In this document: positions 38,701 to 50,767 of the stretch, piece by piece
Numbering within the stretch: the stretch's first letter is position 1
How the letters are laid out: the number at the start of each line of letters is the position of its first letter
Assembly: GCA_002633005.1 (NCBI GenBank)
Contig: NMRA01000538.1
Coordinates: 186,001 to 250,000 of the forward strand
Source: Phoronis australis
Taxonomy: Eukaryota; Animalia; Phoronida
DNA length: 64,000 nt
Direction: 5' to 3'
Position numbers and translations under genes: made by a program
The notes under the pieces: generated by a model
What the model saw: only the letters and a program-made list of their open reading frames with translations
What the model was told of the DNA's origin: nothing
Database searches by the model: none

Positions 38701-41700
38701 TTCTGTATATTTAAAAATCAATAAATATTTCCTTCAATGATTCCACCACTGTTGTCCCACCTTATAGCCTCCGGGAACTGAGCGTTGGTGACCAGGAAGG
38801 AAGATATGCCCTTGTTATGCAGCAGGCCAACAAACTTGTTGATCTCGGGGTACATGATTGGCTCCCCAACTAGTGACAAGGCGCAGTGCATCGGTTGTAG
38901 GCCCTCGGTGAACCGCTCCGGCTTTACACCAGGAACGCCTGCAATGAGCAGAAAAGGACGCGCTCACGGTGAGAAAGGGGCATTTTAATGGAGAAATGAG
39001 AAGAAAATATGAAGATTTTGAGAGTGACCACAAGTCAAGATGGAGGAAAGGGACGGAAAGTGTGATGTCGCCCTATTAGGTAGTCCAGGAGATGACGCTA
39101 TCTTGGTTCTAACTCTTACCACTTCTCAATGGGAGATTACATTGAGTTACAGGTTTGCAACTGGAAAACAACCAGTTAATCTTTGTTTAAGAGAAAAAAA
39201 CAATCCAAGTAAATAGGCTATTGCTGTAATGCTCGTCTTCAATTTGCAGTTGTTTATTGAACCTACAATCTTAAAGTGGAACTTGCTGGTTAACTCCTTA
39301 TCCCTGTGATTGCTTGGCCAAATTAGTTAGAAACGCAACATATAGCGACAACTTGAATAATAGGTTCAAAATTGCCCAATGTTTTTAGGAATGAGTTTTG
39401 TGGCAAAAATGATTCGCCGAAAATCCCTGAACTGTGTCCAGTATGTATCGTGATGTGGTGCTGGGGGATATCAGCACATGATGCAGACTATGTGATCCTG
39501 AGAGGTACGTTCATTACTGCAAAGGTCACCTATTTGCAGAATTTTTTGTTTTCACGTTTACAAGAAGTCAATGTTCAAATAGCCTTGTCGTTTAGTTCCT
39601 GGTATACATTAGCATAGTTAGGAACATGCAAATACATCTTTAAGCTTGTATTCACAGAACCGCAATATTTTACAAACTCAGGTGTTCTAGGAAACTATTG
39701 ATTGTGCAATCGGATAGCCCATTGCAAAATGATTCCATTTCAATTGTCATAATAAGACACCCAGAATGCCATAGTACCTTTGAACTGCTTGATTAATTTG
39801 ACATGATTATCCAAGGCACCCTGGAACACAGTGTCTGCATCGTCCATCTTCCATCTCCACTCAGTTCCCACAGGATTGGTGTGATGCCTGGAAGAGAAAC
39901 AAACATTTCATTGTCACCCAACTGAACATAAACTGTTTCAGAGGCACCAAGGAACCTGTTGGAAAATTCGACTTCTCACTTATGTAATTGGTCTTATCGT
40001 GTTCTTTACTCAGATTAGAAGCAATTTCAAGGCTCTTGACAACAATTGATGGTTCATTATTGCTTCAAACCAGGCTTGTTTAGATGCTTTTTCCAGCAGT
40101 GTGAACTACTGGGCAATTCCAGGCAATTTTCTGATAAAAGATAAGAACACGACCTACTTCGTAACAGGCAAACTTTCGGTCTTGGTGTTAATTTTGGTCT
40201 AATGAAATTTCATGAAACACGCCCAACACAGATCAGTCATAAATTTCCAGCCTAAGTTAAGTCCCAAAAAGCTTCATGACGCGGGTCACAGTTCATGGTT
40301 TTTAGAGGGTTTAAGTATTAAAAAATGGCGAAAACAATACTACTTCAGCAAACGTGTCAAGACACATAACCAGAGCGAACAAGTGATAATAGATGCAGTG
40401 ACCAACTTCTACTACAACAGCTATCACTCAAAATTATAACACAATGTCTCGCAGTACACCTCATTGTTAAGATACAGTACACACCAAAATAATCAGTCAA
40501 AATTCTGTTTCTCCATCGTGATGATTAACGACCCATCATGACGAATAAAGATATTTCATTAAAGGTACTACGACTCAATTTCTCTTGCCCTGAGAACTCA
40601 TGATTAGGAAGAATTCTTCCTGTGGTCAGTAACAATGCCAGGGAATTCCGAGTCATTTTATCTTCTTTTTGGCATGTACTGCACGAGTGTTACCTTACCT
40701 CCAACAGAAGACACACTTATTAGCGCAGGCCAGACTGGGAGTTGTCTCCATACATCTGTGACTCTCGATGCCATAGAAGGTGTGCTTATAGCAACCACCA
40801 CGCCCTCGTAACATCGACTGGAATAAAATTACGATGGACTGTATGTAAGAAGCTGCTAGACACGACAAACCACGGTGATGTCACCAAAATCTACGGTGTT
40901 CGCAAAAGTCGGTTTTCTAATTATACACCTTATTCACGCAGTCGCCATTTTAAAAGTGAGCCTCTTTTTGGGTTTTAAAAACAATACATTCTGCGCTTAC
41001 TAAAAGCACAAAGCGTGATTTTCTCGCCTGCCTCATTATATTTATGTCTTAAATGCATTGTTTTTAAACCTAAAAAGAGGCTCACTGCTAAAATGGCAAC
41101 TTCATGAATAAGGTCTATATTAAGTAAAATTCGACTTCTAACTTCCCTACAGTAGACCTGCGGCCTGCTTCTACTAATATTTGTACACTAACTGATAACG
41201 AATCATCTAGACAAGTCCATCAAGGATGACACGGCTCATCATTTTGAACTGAATTCTCATAAATCTTCACAAAAATAAAAACTCAATTAAAATTGGTTAG
41301 ACATATGTATTAAAGATAAATCTCTCTAAACATACAGCGGTCTCGTGATATCACTCCTAGGCAACCAACTTCTAAGCAGACGCTGTAAGCAAACTATGTC
41401 TGATGAGCCAGTACATTAAATCCTAACTATGATCAGATCCTTTCATTCCCTCGTCTCAAAATGATGTCAGTGGCTAGTTCCCAATTTAGACACTGAAGTC
41501 ATGACATTGTAAGTTAATCGACAGAATATACTGGCTTGATCCTGTTCAGAGCTTTGTGAACATACTTAGAGATACTTAAAGAAGGGTAAGTCCACAGCAT
41601 ATCATTAACTTCTCTGGGTCAGTGATGCACCCAATGTTTACCTTTGTCCATCGACACAATTTGACTCCAGAGTGAGATCCTATCAGGCGATAACCTTGCT

Positions 41701-44700
41701 TCTCCAGTGACTTGCGGAGAAGTGGCGTGACCATCTCTCTTGGTTCCTTCGTTTTACCAGCCTCCTCCTCCTCTGAACGCTTTGCCTAAAATGAAAGAAG
41801 CAAAATGCAGGTCTGTACCTCAAACACAGTCTCTCACACACACACACACACAGTTGCACTTAACCGACAGACCGGACTAGAAGGTAAGAGAATGCCTATA
41901 AGCATGTGCTTCTGAGTGTCAATAGCCCAACACCGCTAATGTTTGTTAAGCCCGGTCACCCAATGGTGGACGCTCAGATGATCCCACATATGGTGTGCTT
42001 TCGAGAAACCCAGCATGATCGGGCGATTAAAAGCGTTTTACGTGGATATCTGGCCGGCATTCTCAATAATCGTCCAATAATCAACCGTTGGCTGATACAG
42101 TTCAAAACTTTTGGAACACGACAGAGAACTGGGATGGAAATGAAACCAATATCTCTGCGACTAATACGATAATTTTTCTGCTGCAGACTAATCAGGTCGA
42201 CTTGGGAAACTTTACGTGACCATGGCATTTGCAAAGTGTTGTTCAATTCCTGAAGATGCATTAATTTAAGAGACAGGCACATCTGCAAGCGCATGACAAA
42301 TTTATCCAACTATACTACCTCATTAACTTCCGGTGTGGCTTTCCGTACCAGGGAAACTCCAGCCTAACAAAATTTCTTTGAAAATCGCCATACCTTTATC
42401 ACAAACTCCTTTACGAAAGCGTTAACAGAGTTATGGTAAGTAGATGGCAAGTCAATTCTTGGACTTTACACCAGAGGGTGTAGTCGAACTTGAGCAAAGC
42501 ATTGTAAATAAAGCATGGCAAAAGCTCTACTGGAGTAGAGTGAACCTTTCAAACTGCAGTGAAAGGTTGCGTATCACTATTAAATACTACTGTTTGAGAG
42601 GAATTATAAAGGGAATCTAAGCGCATACCAAGACATGTCACTGCTCACCTTGGCCTTAGCCATACTGTCCATCATACTGCCCAGGTCCTCAACGTCCACC
42701 AGTCGGTCAGCACTGCTGGACTCATCCATGTCCGACTGGTCATCTTCAACTGAACTTGCATAGTCCTCCTATAGGCAGGTGATAGGGAAATGAGGTTTAT
42801 GACAAAGACTGACGCTTTACCACGGCAATTCTTCACCTGTTCAACACACACTTAACTTTTTGTAGAATTTCTCAAATAAAGTGAGCGGTAAGTATTTACT
42901 TTACCATTGGCAACTGATGACACTTGGAAAACATTTGTTTATTTGCAGGACAGTAGTCCGGCTAGAAATAATAGGAAAACAAAAAATTGGACAATTCTTT
43001 TATGTGTGAAACAACTGAAGGAATACTGCAAACAGCATGTGGTAATTACAAAGTGAGATACAGCATTACGTAAAACTGGTCTGAGAAACCCCAGTGATTT
43101 GGAAAACAACACAAAATTCTAATAACTTCATTCACTACATGCACAAGCTTTAAGAATGGTTACTGTGTCATGATACAAGCATCACTCTTGCAAACCTTTC
43201 ACACCCACTCAATTTCAACCAATCCTTGGTTCCATGTTGATGTTATTGTTCATCCAAACGAGGTGCAATACTTGAAAGTAACACAAGCAATGTCTATCGC
43301 TGTATGAGTGACATCAGCAGTGATCTACAAATAGCTTTACAATTGTATAAAAGAAAACAAACAAACCTGTTCCTCATTTTTATTGCAATCATCTTTGGTC
43401 TTCTCTCCGCACTCGCACGCATCACCGCTTCCCTTCACAGTGGTGCCATCGCTTGGTTTGCTTGGTTTGGAAAGTAATAGAGTGAAGGCAGTTAGCCATG
43501 CCTTGAAATCACCCTCAATTCCACCATGTTTACTCTCAGCTACATTCTCATTTAGCAGTGCAACCGGCATGACTGAATGTGCAGATAATGCATGCAGCCA
43601 TTTGTCAACATTTTTCCCCACCTAAAATCAGCACAATACAAGTCAAGAAAAAGTTTTAATCACAATCACCGAACAACAAAAATAGCAATTTTTATTTCAG
43701 TTTCATCAATGGTATGTATCACTGACTGATTACTGTTTTTATCATGTAATGTTCCTTATTTAAAACCAAGTTCTTTATCAAAATAGCAGTTTCGATAGAC
43801 AAGTAATGACGAAATCCTCATTAAAATCAGACACATTCCTTTTGATGTTTGTATACGCATGTGTCTATAGGGGTGTGTTTTCACAGACTTTTTTACTGGG
43901 CCATAAAATTTCCATATAAAATACATACCGAAATAAGAAATTGACACTCAAGAATGTTCAAACGTTACAATTTAAAGTCACAATTACCAAACCTGCTCAT
44001 TTTACACCACTTGCATTCTGTGCGCAATTTCAAAACTTCACCCGTCCTGAAGTTTTCAATGAAATGCTCTCTTTCCAAACACATGACCAAAACCTTACAG
44101 TTACCTACCTCACAAAAGTGGTCTTTATACAGCGAGTTACCCAGGGCAACGACAGCATAATTTAGATTCTTCAGTAAAGTCTTTTGAACTCTGAAGTCCG
44201 AGGCAGCTTCTCCAAGCCACTTGTAGAACCACCTAGCACCTTCGGGTGGTAACCCTTCAGTGTAGGTGGATAGGATGAAGATACAGAGAGATGAAGAACT
44301 CTGTAAAATCAAACATAACATCTCAAAAGATTTGTCAAGAAATGGAAGGAAGAAATGTGTTAATTAGGTAGCAAGGAACGCCTCACACAAATGTGGCTTT
44401 TATTAACAAGAGCAACGTGGAGCCTTGAAATGTGCCCACGAATGCACTGCAAACGGAACGCTTCTAGGGGTGTTTGTGTCATAAAAATGGCCACTAGATG
44501 GTGCAAAATACCTCAAAATTTATCAAAAAACAAGAAAATGTAACATTTTTTTTTTAACAGAAAGCTATTTACCACATTTCATGAAAATCCATCAAGGAAC
44601 TTTAAGAGAAACAGAGAAAAACAGAAAAAATGAAATTGCCACTAGGGTGCAAAGCGTTTGTCGGATCCGTCTGAAAGTTGTCATCTTCCGTTGTCAACTT

Positions 44701-47700
44701 CATATAAATCCACTTGCTACATTTAATAAAGATCTTGCAGAGGGCTTAGGAGATATAGCTAAGGGTGCAAAAAAACTGCCACTAGGAGGCGCCACAATAA
44801 CTGAAGTCGCAAAATCATCGTCAACCATCTTCTTCACACTAAGAACATATAAGCCAATTTTCACAATCATCCTAAGCCTGGTTTGGAATACAGAGCATGG
44901 ATGCTAAAAACAAACTAGAAAACGGTAAAAATGGCCACTAGATGGCGCAAAATACGTCGAAACAAATTTCTTAAAGGTCTTGTCCCATCTTACTTTTATA
45001 CTCTACATGTTCGTCCCATCATAAATTATTATCAATCATAACACCCAGATATTTATGTTTCTCAGTTCTTGCCAGCTGGGTGCCGTTGATAGTAATTGCA
45101 ATGTTGCTTGGAGACAACATAGCCAGCCTCTGTCTGCTACAAATAGTCGTAACATTGGTTTTATCAACATTCAGAGTCAGTTTCTTCTCCACAAGCCAAG
45201 CATAAACATGATTCATTTCTTCTGCTAAGGTGACATTGAATTCATCTATTGACTTGGCAGCAAAAAAGAGGGCTGTGTCGCCTGCATACATTGCTTCACT
45301 GACGTGGGTAATTCTAAAATCATTTATATTTTCACAAAATAACAATGGGCCTAGTAAAAACTAAAATTGCCACTATGGGGCACACCGGTAGTCCGATCTG
45401 TCCAAAGTCTTAGTCGTCCGTTGTCAACTTCATATAAATACATTTGCTAAATTCAATAAAGATCTTGTAGAGTGTTTAGGAGATACAGCCATGGGTGCAA
45501 AAAGAAACAAAACTGCCACTAGGAGGTGCCACAATAGTCGAAGTCGTCTGAAAATCATCGTCAACCGTCCTCTTCATACTAAGAATATACATGCTAATTT
45601 TCACAATCATTCTTAGTGGTTTAGTTGATAGAGAGGCGGACTCGAAAAGAGTAAAAATGGCCACTAGATGGCGCAAAATGCCTAAAATCCATCCGAAAAC
45701 GAAAAGATAGCGTCACCTCATTAATAGATGCATATGTGCCAAATTTCATGAAAATCGGTTGAATGAGGAACTTCGAAGATATAGAGGCAGATGTAAAAAA
45801 ATAAACTTGCCACAAGGAGCACAGCGGTATTCGGGTCGGTCCGAAACTCGTCGCCCTCTATTGTCAAGCCCATAGGAACACACCAGCCAAATTTCAATAA
45901 GATCCTGTAAGGGGTTTAGGAGATACAGCCGCGGACGCCCAGACAGAGATGACAGCAATACGCACCCACATATAAATATGTGGGCGCATAAAAATGTAAC
46001 AGTACATAATGGCTTACACGGATACATGTCTAAATCCTAGATCGCACTTAATGGTTCTAGTACTAAGGCCAAAAGTCTGGATTGGATTTTTTTTCTGAGC
46101 TTTTATACGAAACTTCCAAGTTTTTACTCAAGTTTGTAGCTTGAATTCAGGGGTGGCAAAGTGTGTATTTGGACTAGAAAATCGTAGGCATAAACCATAA
46201 GCACAGACTAGTAAACATTTGTCTTGAGTTCGCACAAAAGGAAATTTTCCAAAGCAATTTCAAGTTCAATTTCTGGTAAAAAGATTAGACCCCTCTCTCA
46301 GGCGTATTCTGGGCATTTTACACCTGTTATGAAAGAAGCTAGCTGCGCTACAAGAAGCGCTACGTGTCAAAGACAAAACATCACACCAATATCTTGAAAT
46401 GCCCGTGATCGCACCACATAAGGGGACCACTCAGCTTTCCTACAGATCCCACACTAAACAAACCTCTGTGCCTAAGTCATCTTCAGGCTCGTAGGTCTTC
46501 AAATCTATAACCTCAGCTTCTAGTCCTTTATTGGTGAGTTCTGTTAGAAGACTTTCAGCTAAAACCTGAAACAACAAACCGAATCCTTGTCTGAGCGTCC
46601 TCAAACTTCCCGTGCAGATTTTTGCACTAGGAAGACTTCAGGATTAACATGACAAAGAAATATGTCCGTGAAGAGTTCAATGTATATCACTTGCAAACAC
46701 ACAACAGTTGCTGAAGGGTGTTACGTCCAGATCAAATGGTTCACTCCAATTTATAGAGTGCAACAAACTGAAGTCTTCATAATCTGCCTAAATACTAATA
46801 AAATGACCCATAATTCTCCCGTCATAATGTCTGACTGCGAGGGGAATTCTGAATCATGGTAGTCGAGTGCGAGAGGAGTTCACTACGTCGGAGTTAGTTG
46901 GAATGATGGGTTATGACAGGGAAACCAATTTTATCGTGTTAGAGCTCAAAAGACAATAAAACTGCTGTCAATCACTCAAGAGGGCTTTGTGTTGTCACAA
47001 GCATTTTCCACTGTCCAGACACGTTGAAATCTGGATTGCTCAGCCAGACCACATTCAACCATCAGTTAACTTCAAGGGTGTGAACTTAACTTTTTCAATA
47101 CAGCACCCTTTACCAGAACAACCGGAAAAAGCCAGGCAACCTCGATCACTATCATCAATGAATGAAAGCAATAATCAACCAGCCACGGCAGTCTTATCAA
47201 TTTCCAGACAATGTAACTGTCATCCCTGTGGCTTTTATTTACTAGGCCAGGAAACACAAATGCTGAACTAAAAATCCAGTCTTTGATGGCAAGGCCTCCA
47301 TTTTGGGACCAAATATTGGATTCATTTCCCTATGAAAAATATATAAAAATCTTGCAAAAATTCACACCAGGCCCCAAAATTCCTTTCCAATGATTAAAAT
47401 ATCTAAAGGTTAAACTCACTGAACTGCAAATTGCGAGTTTTGGTTAATTGAGGCATTACCGATAAAGAATGGCGACTTAGGGGGATTTTCCCCTTAACGG
47501 GAAAATTGCCTTCTCAGAAGGTACAGCCAGCCACCTTTCCCCTCAGAGGGTACGTGGTGAACCCATAGCAATAGCATGCACCCGTTGTCTCACCTTAGCT
47601 TTGCCAGTCTGTGTGCCGTAGAATATCTTCAGTCGGCTGGTTTCTCCCACATCTACACTTTTGTCTTCTCCGTCACCCGTCTGCTTGGCAGTATCAACAT

Positions 47701-48717
47701 GTGGACTCAACTGTCAACAAAGTACACAGGGTGAACGTTACAAGGGAGCTAGAGTGAAAATTAAGAGCACACATAAGACATAAACATGATAATCATAAAT
47801 GGACAACAGTAGAAATACGGAAGTAAATAAATCGGAAACAATCAACACATGGGTTGAATTTAAACAGAGTTGAAAGCCTTTCAGTGAAACCCACATTGTA
47901 AACAAGAGGCACAAAAAATGGGAAAGACACAATCAATTAGATTAAAGCACACAGCCTCTATTAAATCTTCTGACCACGTAGATGGCTTTGCATCCTATAG
48001 AACAGTGAATGAACGTTGCAAGGTAATTATGGTTAAAACTTCCAGGTTGTCAGTGAGGGCAAAGATACGGGGGTGGGCATTTGCCTCCACTTCTTTCCTT
48101 AGGCACACAGAAGACTTTTTGAGATGCCACGTTTGCTTTAACATGAATAAAGCCTGGTTTCAAATCACAGCCACTTCTCCAGACTTGGAAATATGGTGCA
48201 CAGGCATTGTTTAATACTAGGGTTTCTAACAAAAAAGTGCTTAACGCAACGTGTCAAAAGACTGAGAGTATGTCCGTCAAACCTAGGTGGTTTTCACCAA
48301 GACCTCAAGAATTTAGACACAACTCACAAAAACCGACTGGGAGATAAATGAACATAGAAACACCTGTTACAATCTGAGTAAGAGCTCCTAGAAAAAATGG
48401 CATCTCTTACGTAAAAGTCGCCAGTTTACGGCAGTCCTCAGCCTGTTTCGTACAAGTTTTATGACCTGGTTTTGAGAACGTTTTTGGCGTGAAAGTGCCA
48501 TTCAATCAAAATATCAAATTACATATATTGTTGTTCTAAAACTAGTAGTGGACTCCTCACAGCATGCACACACCTTGACCGAGACACCAGACCTTCTGTT
48601 CTGCAGCATTAATAGCCAGACAGCCACTAAAATAGCCAGTCCATACAAGAGACTACTCCAGCAACAAGAGGACACATTCAGAGACAAGAGGTCCTCGAGG
48701 AAGTGGCTCCAACACAT
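35496..48717 (-). CDS. TYW1: S-adenosyl-L-methionine-dependent tRNA 4-demethylwyosine synthase (tRNA wybutosine-synthesizing protein 1), 14 coding exons, ~705 aa
   Basis: Exons 48717-48574, 47710-47594, 46565-46464, 44300-44109, 43621-43367, 42768-42649, 41785-41642, 40817-40699, 39887-39778, 38938-38761, 38297-38162, 37698-37588, 37015-36848, 35717-35496; all GT-AG and phase-consistent. Motifs: flavodoxin IFYGTQTG and LGNSLY; [18 protein letters not shown]; radical-SAM CANKCVFC; [10 protein letters not shown]; C-terminal GFDPQETR. Confidence 0.97.
36848..37015 (-). CDS. TYW1: TYW1 exon 13
   Basis: [24 protein letters not shown]...[14 protein letters not shown]. Confidence 0.97.
37588..37698 (-). 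CDS. TYW1: TYW1 exon 12
   Basis: [37 protein letters not shown]. Confidence 0.97.
38162..38297 (-). CDS. TYW1: TYW1 exon 11
   Basis: [36 protein letters not shown]. Confidence 0.97.
38761..38938 (-). CDS. TYW1: TYW1 exon 10
   Basis: VPGVKPERF...[17 protein letters not shown]...[14 protein letters not shown]. Confidence 0.97.
39778..39887 (-). CDS. TYW1: TYW1 exon 9
   Basis: [16 protein letters not shown]...LIKQFK. Confidence 0.96.
40699..40817 (-). CDS. TYW1: TYW1 exon 8 (radical-SAM CxxxCxxC)
   Basis: [39 protein letters not shown]. Confidence 0.97.
40923..41118. mobile_element. Hairpin MITE (~195 bp, ~65-bp inverted arms) in a TYW1 intron
   Basis: ACCTTATTCACGCAGTCGCCATTTTAAAAGTGAGCCTCTTTTT... 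is mirrored by ...AAAAAGAGGCTCACTGCTAAAATGGCAACTTCATGAATAAGGT; TA-rich flanks; a similar end ATAGACCCTATTCACGC occurs near 57139. Confidence 0.8.
41642..41785 (-). CDS. TYW1: TYW1 exon 7
   Basis: [35 protein letters not shown]. Confidence 0.96.
41960..42330 (-). mobile_element. Possible degenerate Penelope-like element fragment (RT to GIY-YIG linker)
   Basis: Mixed-frame translation IGFISIP...VPKVLNCI / YWTIIEN...[20 protein letters not shown] resembles the PLE pattern W-I-(x)n-F-xxP-xx-F-xR-xx-NL-x-D-x-L; heavily decayed. Confidence 0.4.
42649..42768 (-). CDS. TYW1: TYW1 exon 6 (acidic linker)
   Basis: [13 protein letters not shown]...[18 protein letters not shown]. Confidence 0.92.
43367..43621 (-). 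CDS. TYW1: TYW1 exon 5
   Basis: [14 protein letters not shown]...[13 protein letters not shown]... Confidence 0.92.
44109..44300 (-). CDS. TYW1: TYW1 exon 4
   Basis: [20 protein letters not shown]...DFRVQK...[17 protein letters not shown]. Confidence 0.95.
44405..45994. mobile_element. pearl/HINE-like element, copy 2, in a TYW1 intron
   Basis: Same AACAAGAGCAACG start, ~145-bp subrepeats and CCACATATAAATATGTGGGCGCATAAAAA end as 31564-32845. Confidence 0.75.
44975..45354 (-). mobile_element. CR1/L2-type LINE reverse-transcriptase fragment nested in HINE copy 2
   Basis: LGPLLF..IND...MYAGDT (degenerate YADD)...WL...KLTLNVDKT...[15 protein letters not shown]. Confidence 0.85.
46464..46565 (-). 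CDS. TYW1: TYW1 exon 3
   Basis: [34 protein letters not shown]. Confidence 0.92.
47594..47710 (-). CDS. TYW1: TYW1 exon 2 (start of flavodoxin domain)
   Basis: ...[14 protein letters not shown]|gtgaga. Confidence 0.93.
48574..48717 (-). CDS. TYW1: TYW1 coding exon 1 (hydrophobic N-terminal segment)
   Basis: [11 protein letters not shown]...[16 protein letters not shown]...VK|gtgtgt; phase 0. Confidence 0.75.
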
Positions 48718-49090
48718 CCTGGCAGTCTGAAACAGAGATGGGTGAAACTCATTGACCTAAAGAGAGTAGTTTTGTACCTAGTGGCTACGACGTTATCGAA
48801 CATTTGTCAGCCAATCACATTCCCATCGTATGATGACCGGCGGCGTAAGCATCACACTGGGCTGCATCGAAAACGAAACCTATTGGATGTCCACAGTACT
48901 AAAAATTTGGCAAGCTCAAAGTTTTTACCCAACTCGCTAATTGAAAGTTACGCGTTTTCTTATTAAAGTGGGACGCTATAATAGCAATGTAGACAACTGT
49001 TTCATGGTGGTCTAGTTCACTTTCTACATCATCCACTGGACGTCATCTTAACGAGCTTGGAATTTTACTTTCAGTCTTAATATTGTCAAC

Positions 49091-49243
49091 AACAGTTGTA
49101 GTATAAATAAACCACCAACAGTTGTAGTATAAATAAACCAACAACAGTTGTAGTATAAATAAACCAACAACAGTTGTAGTATAAATAAACCAACAACAGT
49201 TGTAGTATAAATAAACCAACAACAGTTGTAGTATAAATAATCC
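49091..49243. repeat. 26-bp minisatellite (AACAGTTGTAGTATAAATAAACCAAC) x~6
   Basis: Units start at 49091, 49117, 49143, 49169, 49195, 49221. Confidence 0.95.
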
Positions 49244-50268
49244 ACACTAGTTCTCCTTTGTCCCGCAGTTAAGAAAACACGTGCCTCATTTTGGCATGTC
49301 AGGGACATTTTCGCAGGTCATGTAGGAAACTGTCAGGGTGTATAGACATTGCAATATTGCCAACCTGAACCGTTCAAAAGCCCTGCTATATACTAGAAAG
49401 GTACTTTTGTTCGGTTCAAAATTAACCCAAGGAACATGTTTTATCCACTAGCTCTGACTGATGTCGGGGAAAGCGAAGACCTTAACATCACACATCCATA
49501 GATCGTTGTAAGTTTATCCAATTTTCTCTTATCGGGAGTTACAGCCCACAGCGAAGCAGTAAAATTTTGTTGGCATTGGAAGGACAAATAATACAGTCAA
49601 AAAACTTGTAAAGTAAAGCAATATGAGAACAACAAAAACCTGTGGAACTCCAATGACACGAAAACCATGAGGCTACTTAAGTGTTTGACGTACATTGCGG
49701 CATTGTGAGTAAACACGTAGCGAGTGTGTCTCTGAGTAATGCAGAATGGCCCTACGACTCTTTGGTTCATTCAATTAAGACTGCACATGCCGTTGGTTCG
49801 AATCCTGCACTGACCGTGATTATGAACATGAATGTGTTCACGCATGCACAGGGAGGAAACCCTTCCACTCAGTGCCCCCTCCCCACCCCTCAGGACTCAC
49901 CCATGCTGGGTGGGAGTTGACAACAATGTGAATGTCATGAAGCCGTCTCAAAAGTTGCTTAAAATAGATCAACATTCCCAATTGATTTGCTTTCAGGAAA
50001 TTCAGGAGTGCAAAATGAGTCGACTCGTGAAATGCCATTGATTTCCACATGCATGGCAAGTCTTAATGAAATGAATCCTGGACAAGTCAGTAATCTCCGC
50101 AACAGAAAATTCAAACTCAACTGGAATTATAAATTTAAGGAATAAGTCCGACAGTCCATGTCCGTACTGTGAGGATTTTTTGTGTTAAGTGTTGGAATAT
50201 ATGCATTGAATTGGCATCAAAAATTCGAAATGCCATAATTTACAATAGTTGACTAATCTACCAAAAGT

Positions 50269-50767
50269 TCAAACTCGTTACACAGGTTTTCAAATAATAA
50301 TCGACCAATCAGTACAAGTAATACATTTTTGGAATCACCATGACTAGAGGATTCAGAAAATAGTAGTATCAAGTATGTAAGTTAACAAAGGTGATTATGT
50401 TCACTTGGAAGCTTAAATGGTCAATGCGGCCTTTAATGCTGAGTGAATGGTAAACATCTTGATCTTGTAGACAAGGCGACTTACTTAGGTGTCATTTTAC
50501 ACCATCATCTTTCCTGGNTCAAACTCGTTACACAGGTTTTCAAATAATAATCGACCAATCAGTACAAGTAATACATTTTTGGAATCACCATGACTAGAGG
50601 ATTCAGAAAATAGTAGTATCAAGTATGTAAGTTAACAAAGGTGATTATGTTCACTTGGAAGCTTAAATGGTCAATGCGGCCTTTAACGCTGAGTGAATGG
50701 TAAACATCTTGATCTTGTAGACAAGGCGACTTACTTAGGTGTCATTTTACACCATCATCTTTCCTGG
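50269..50767. repeat. 249-bp duplication across a single N (50518); probable contig-overlap artifact
   Basis: 50269-50517 matches 50519-50767 except one T/C difference that I could see. Confidence 0.9.

Noticed and set aside
49780-49815. GGTTCGAATCC B-box suggesting a tRNA gene
   Set aside because: No A-box or cloverleaf; at most a SINE remnant. The same applies to GGTTCGATCCC near 6946.
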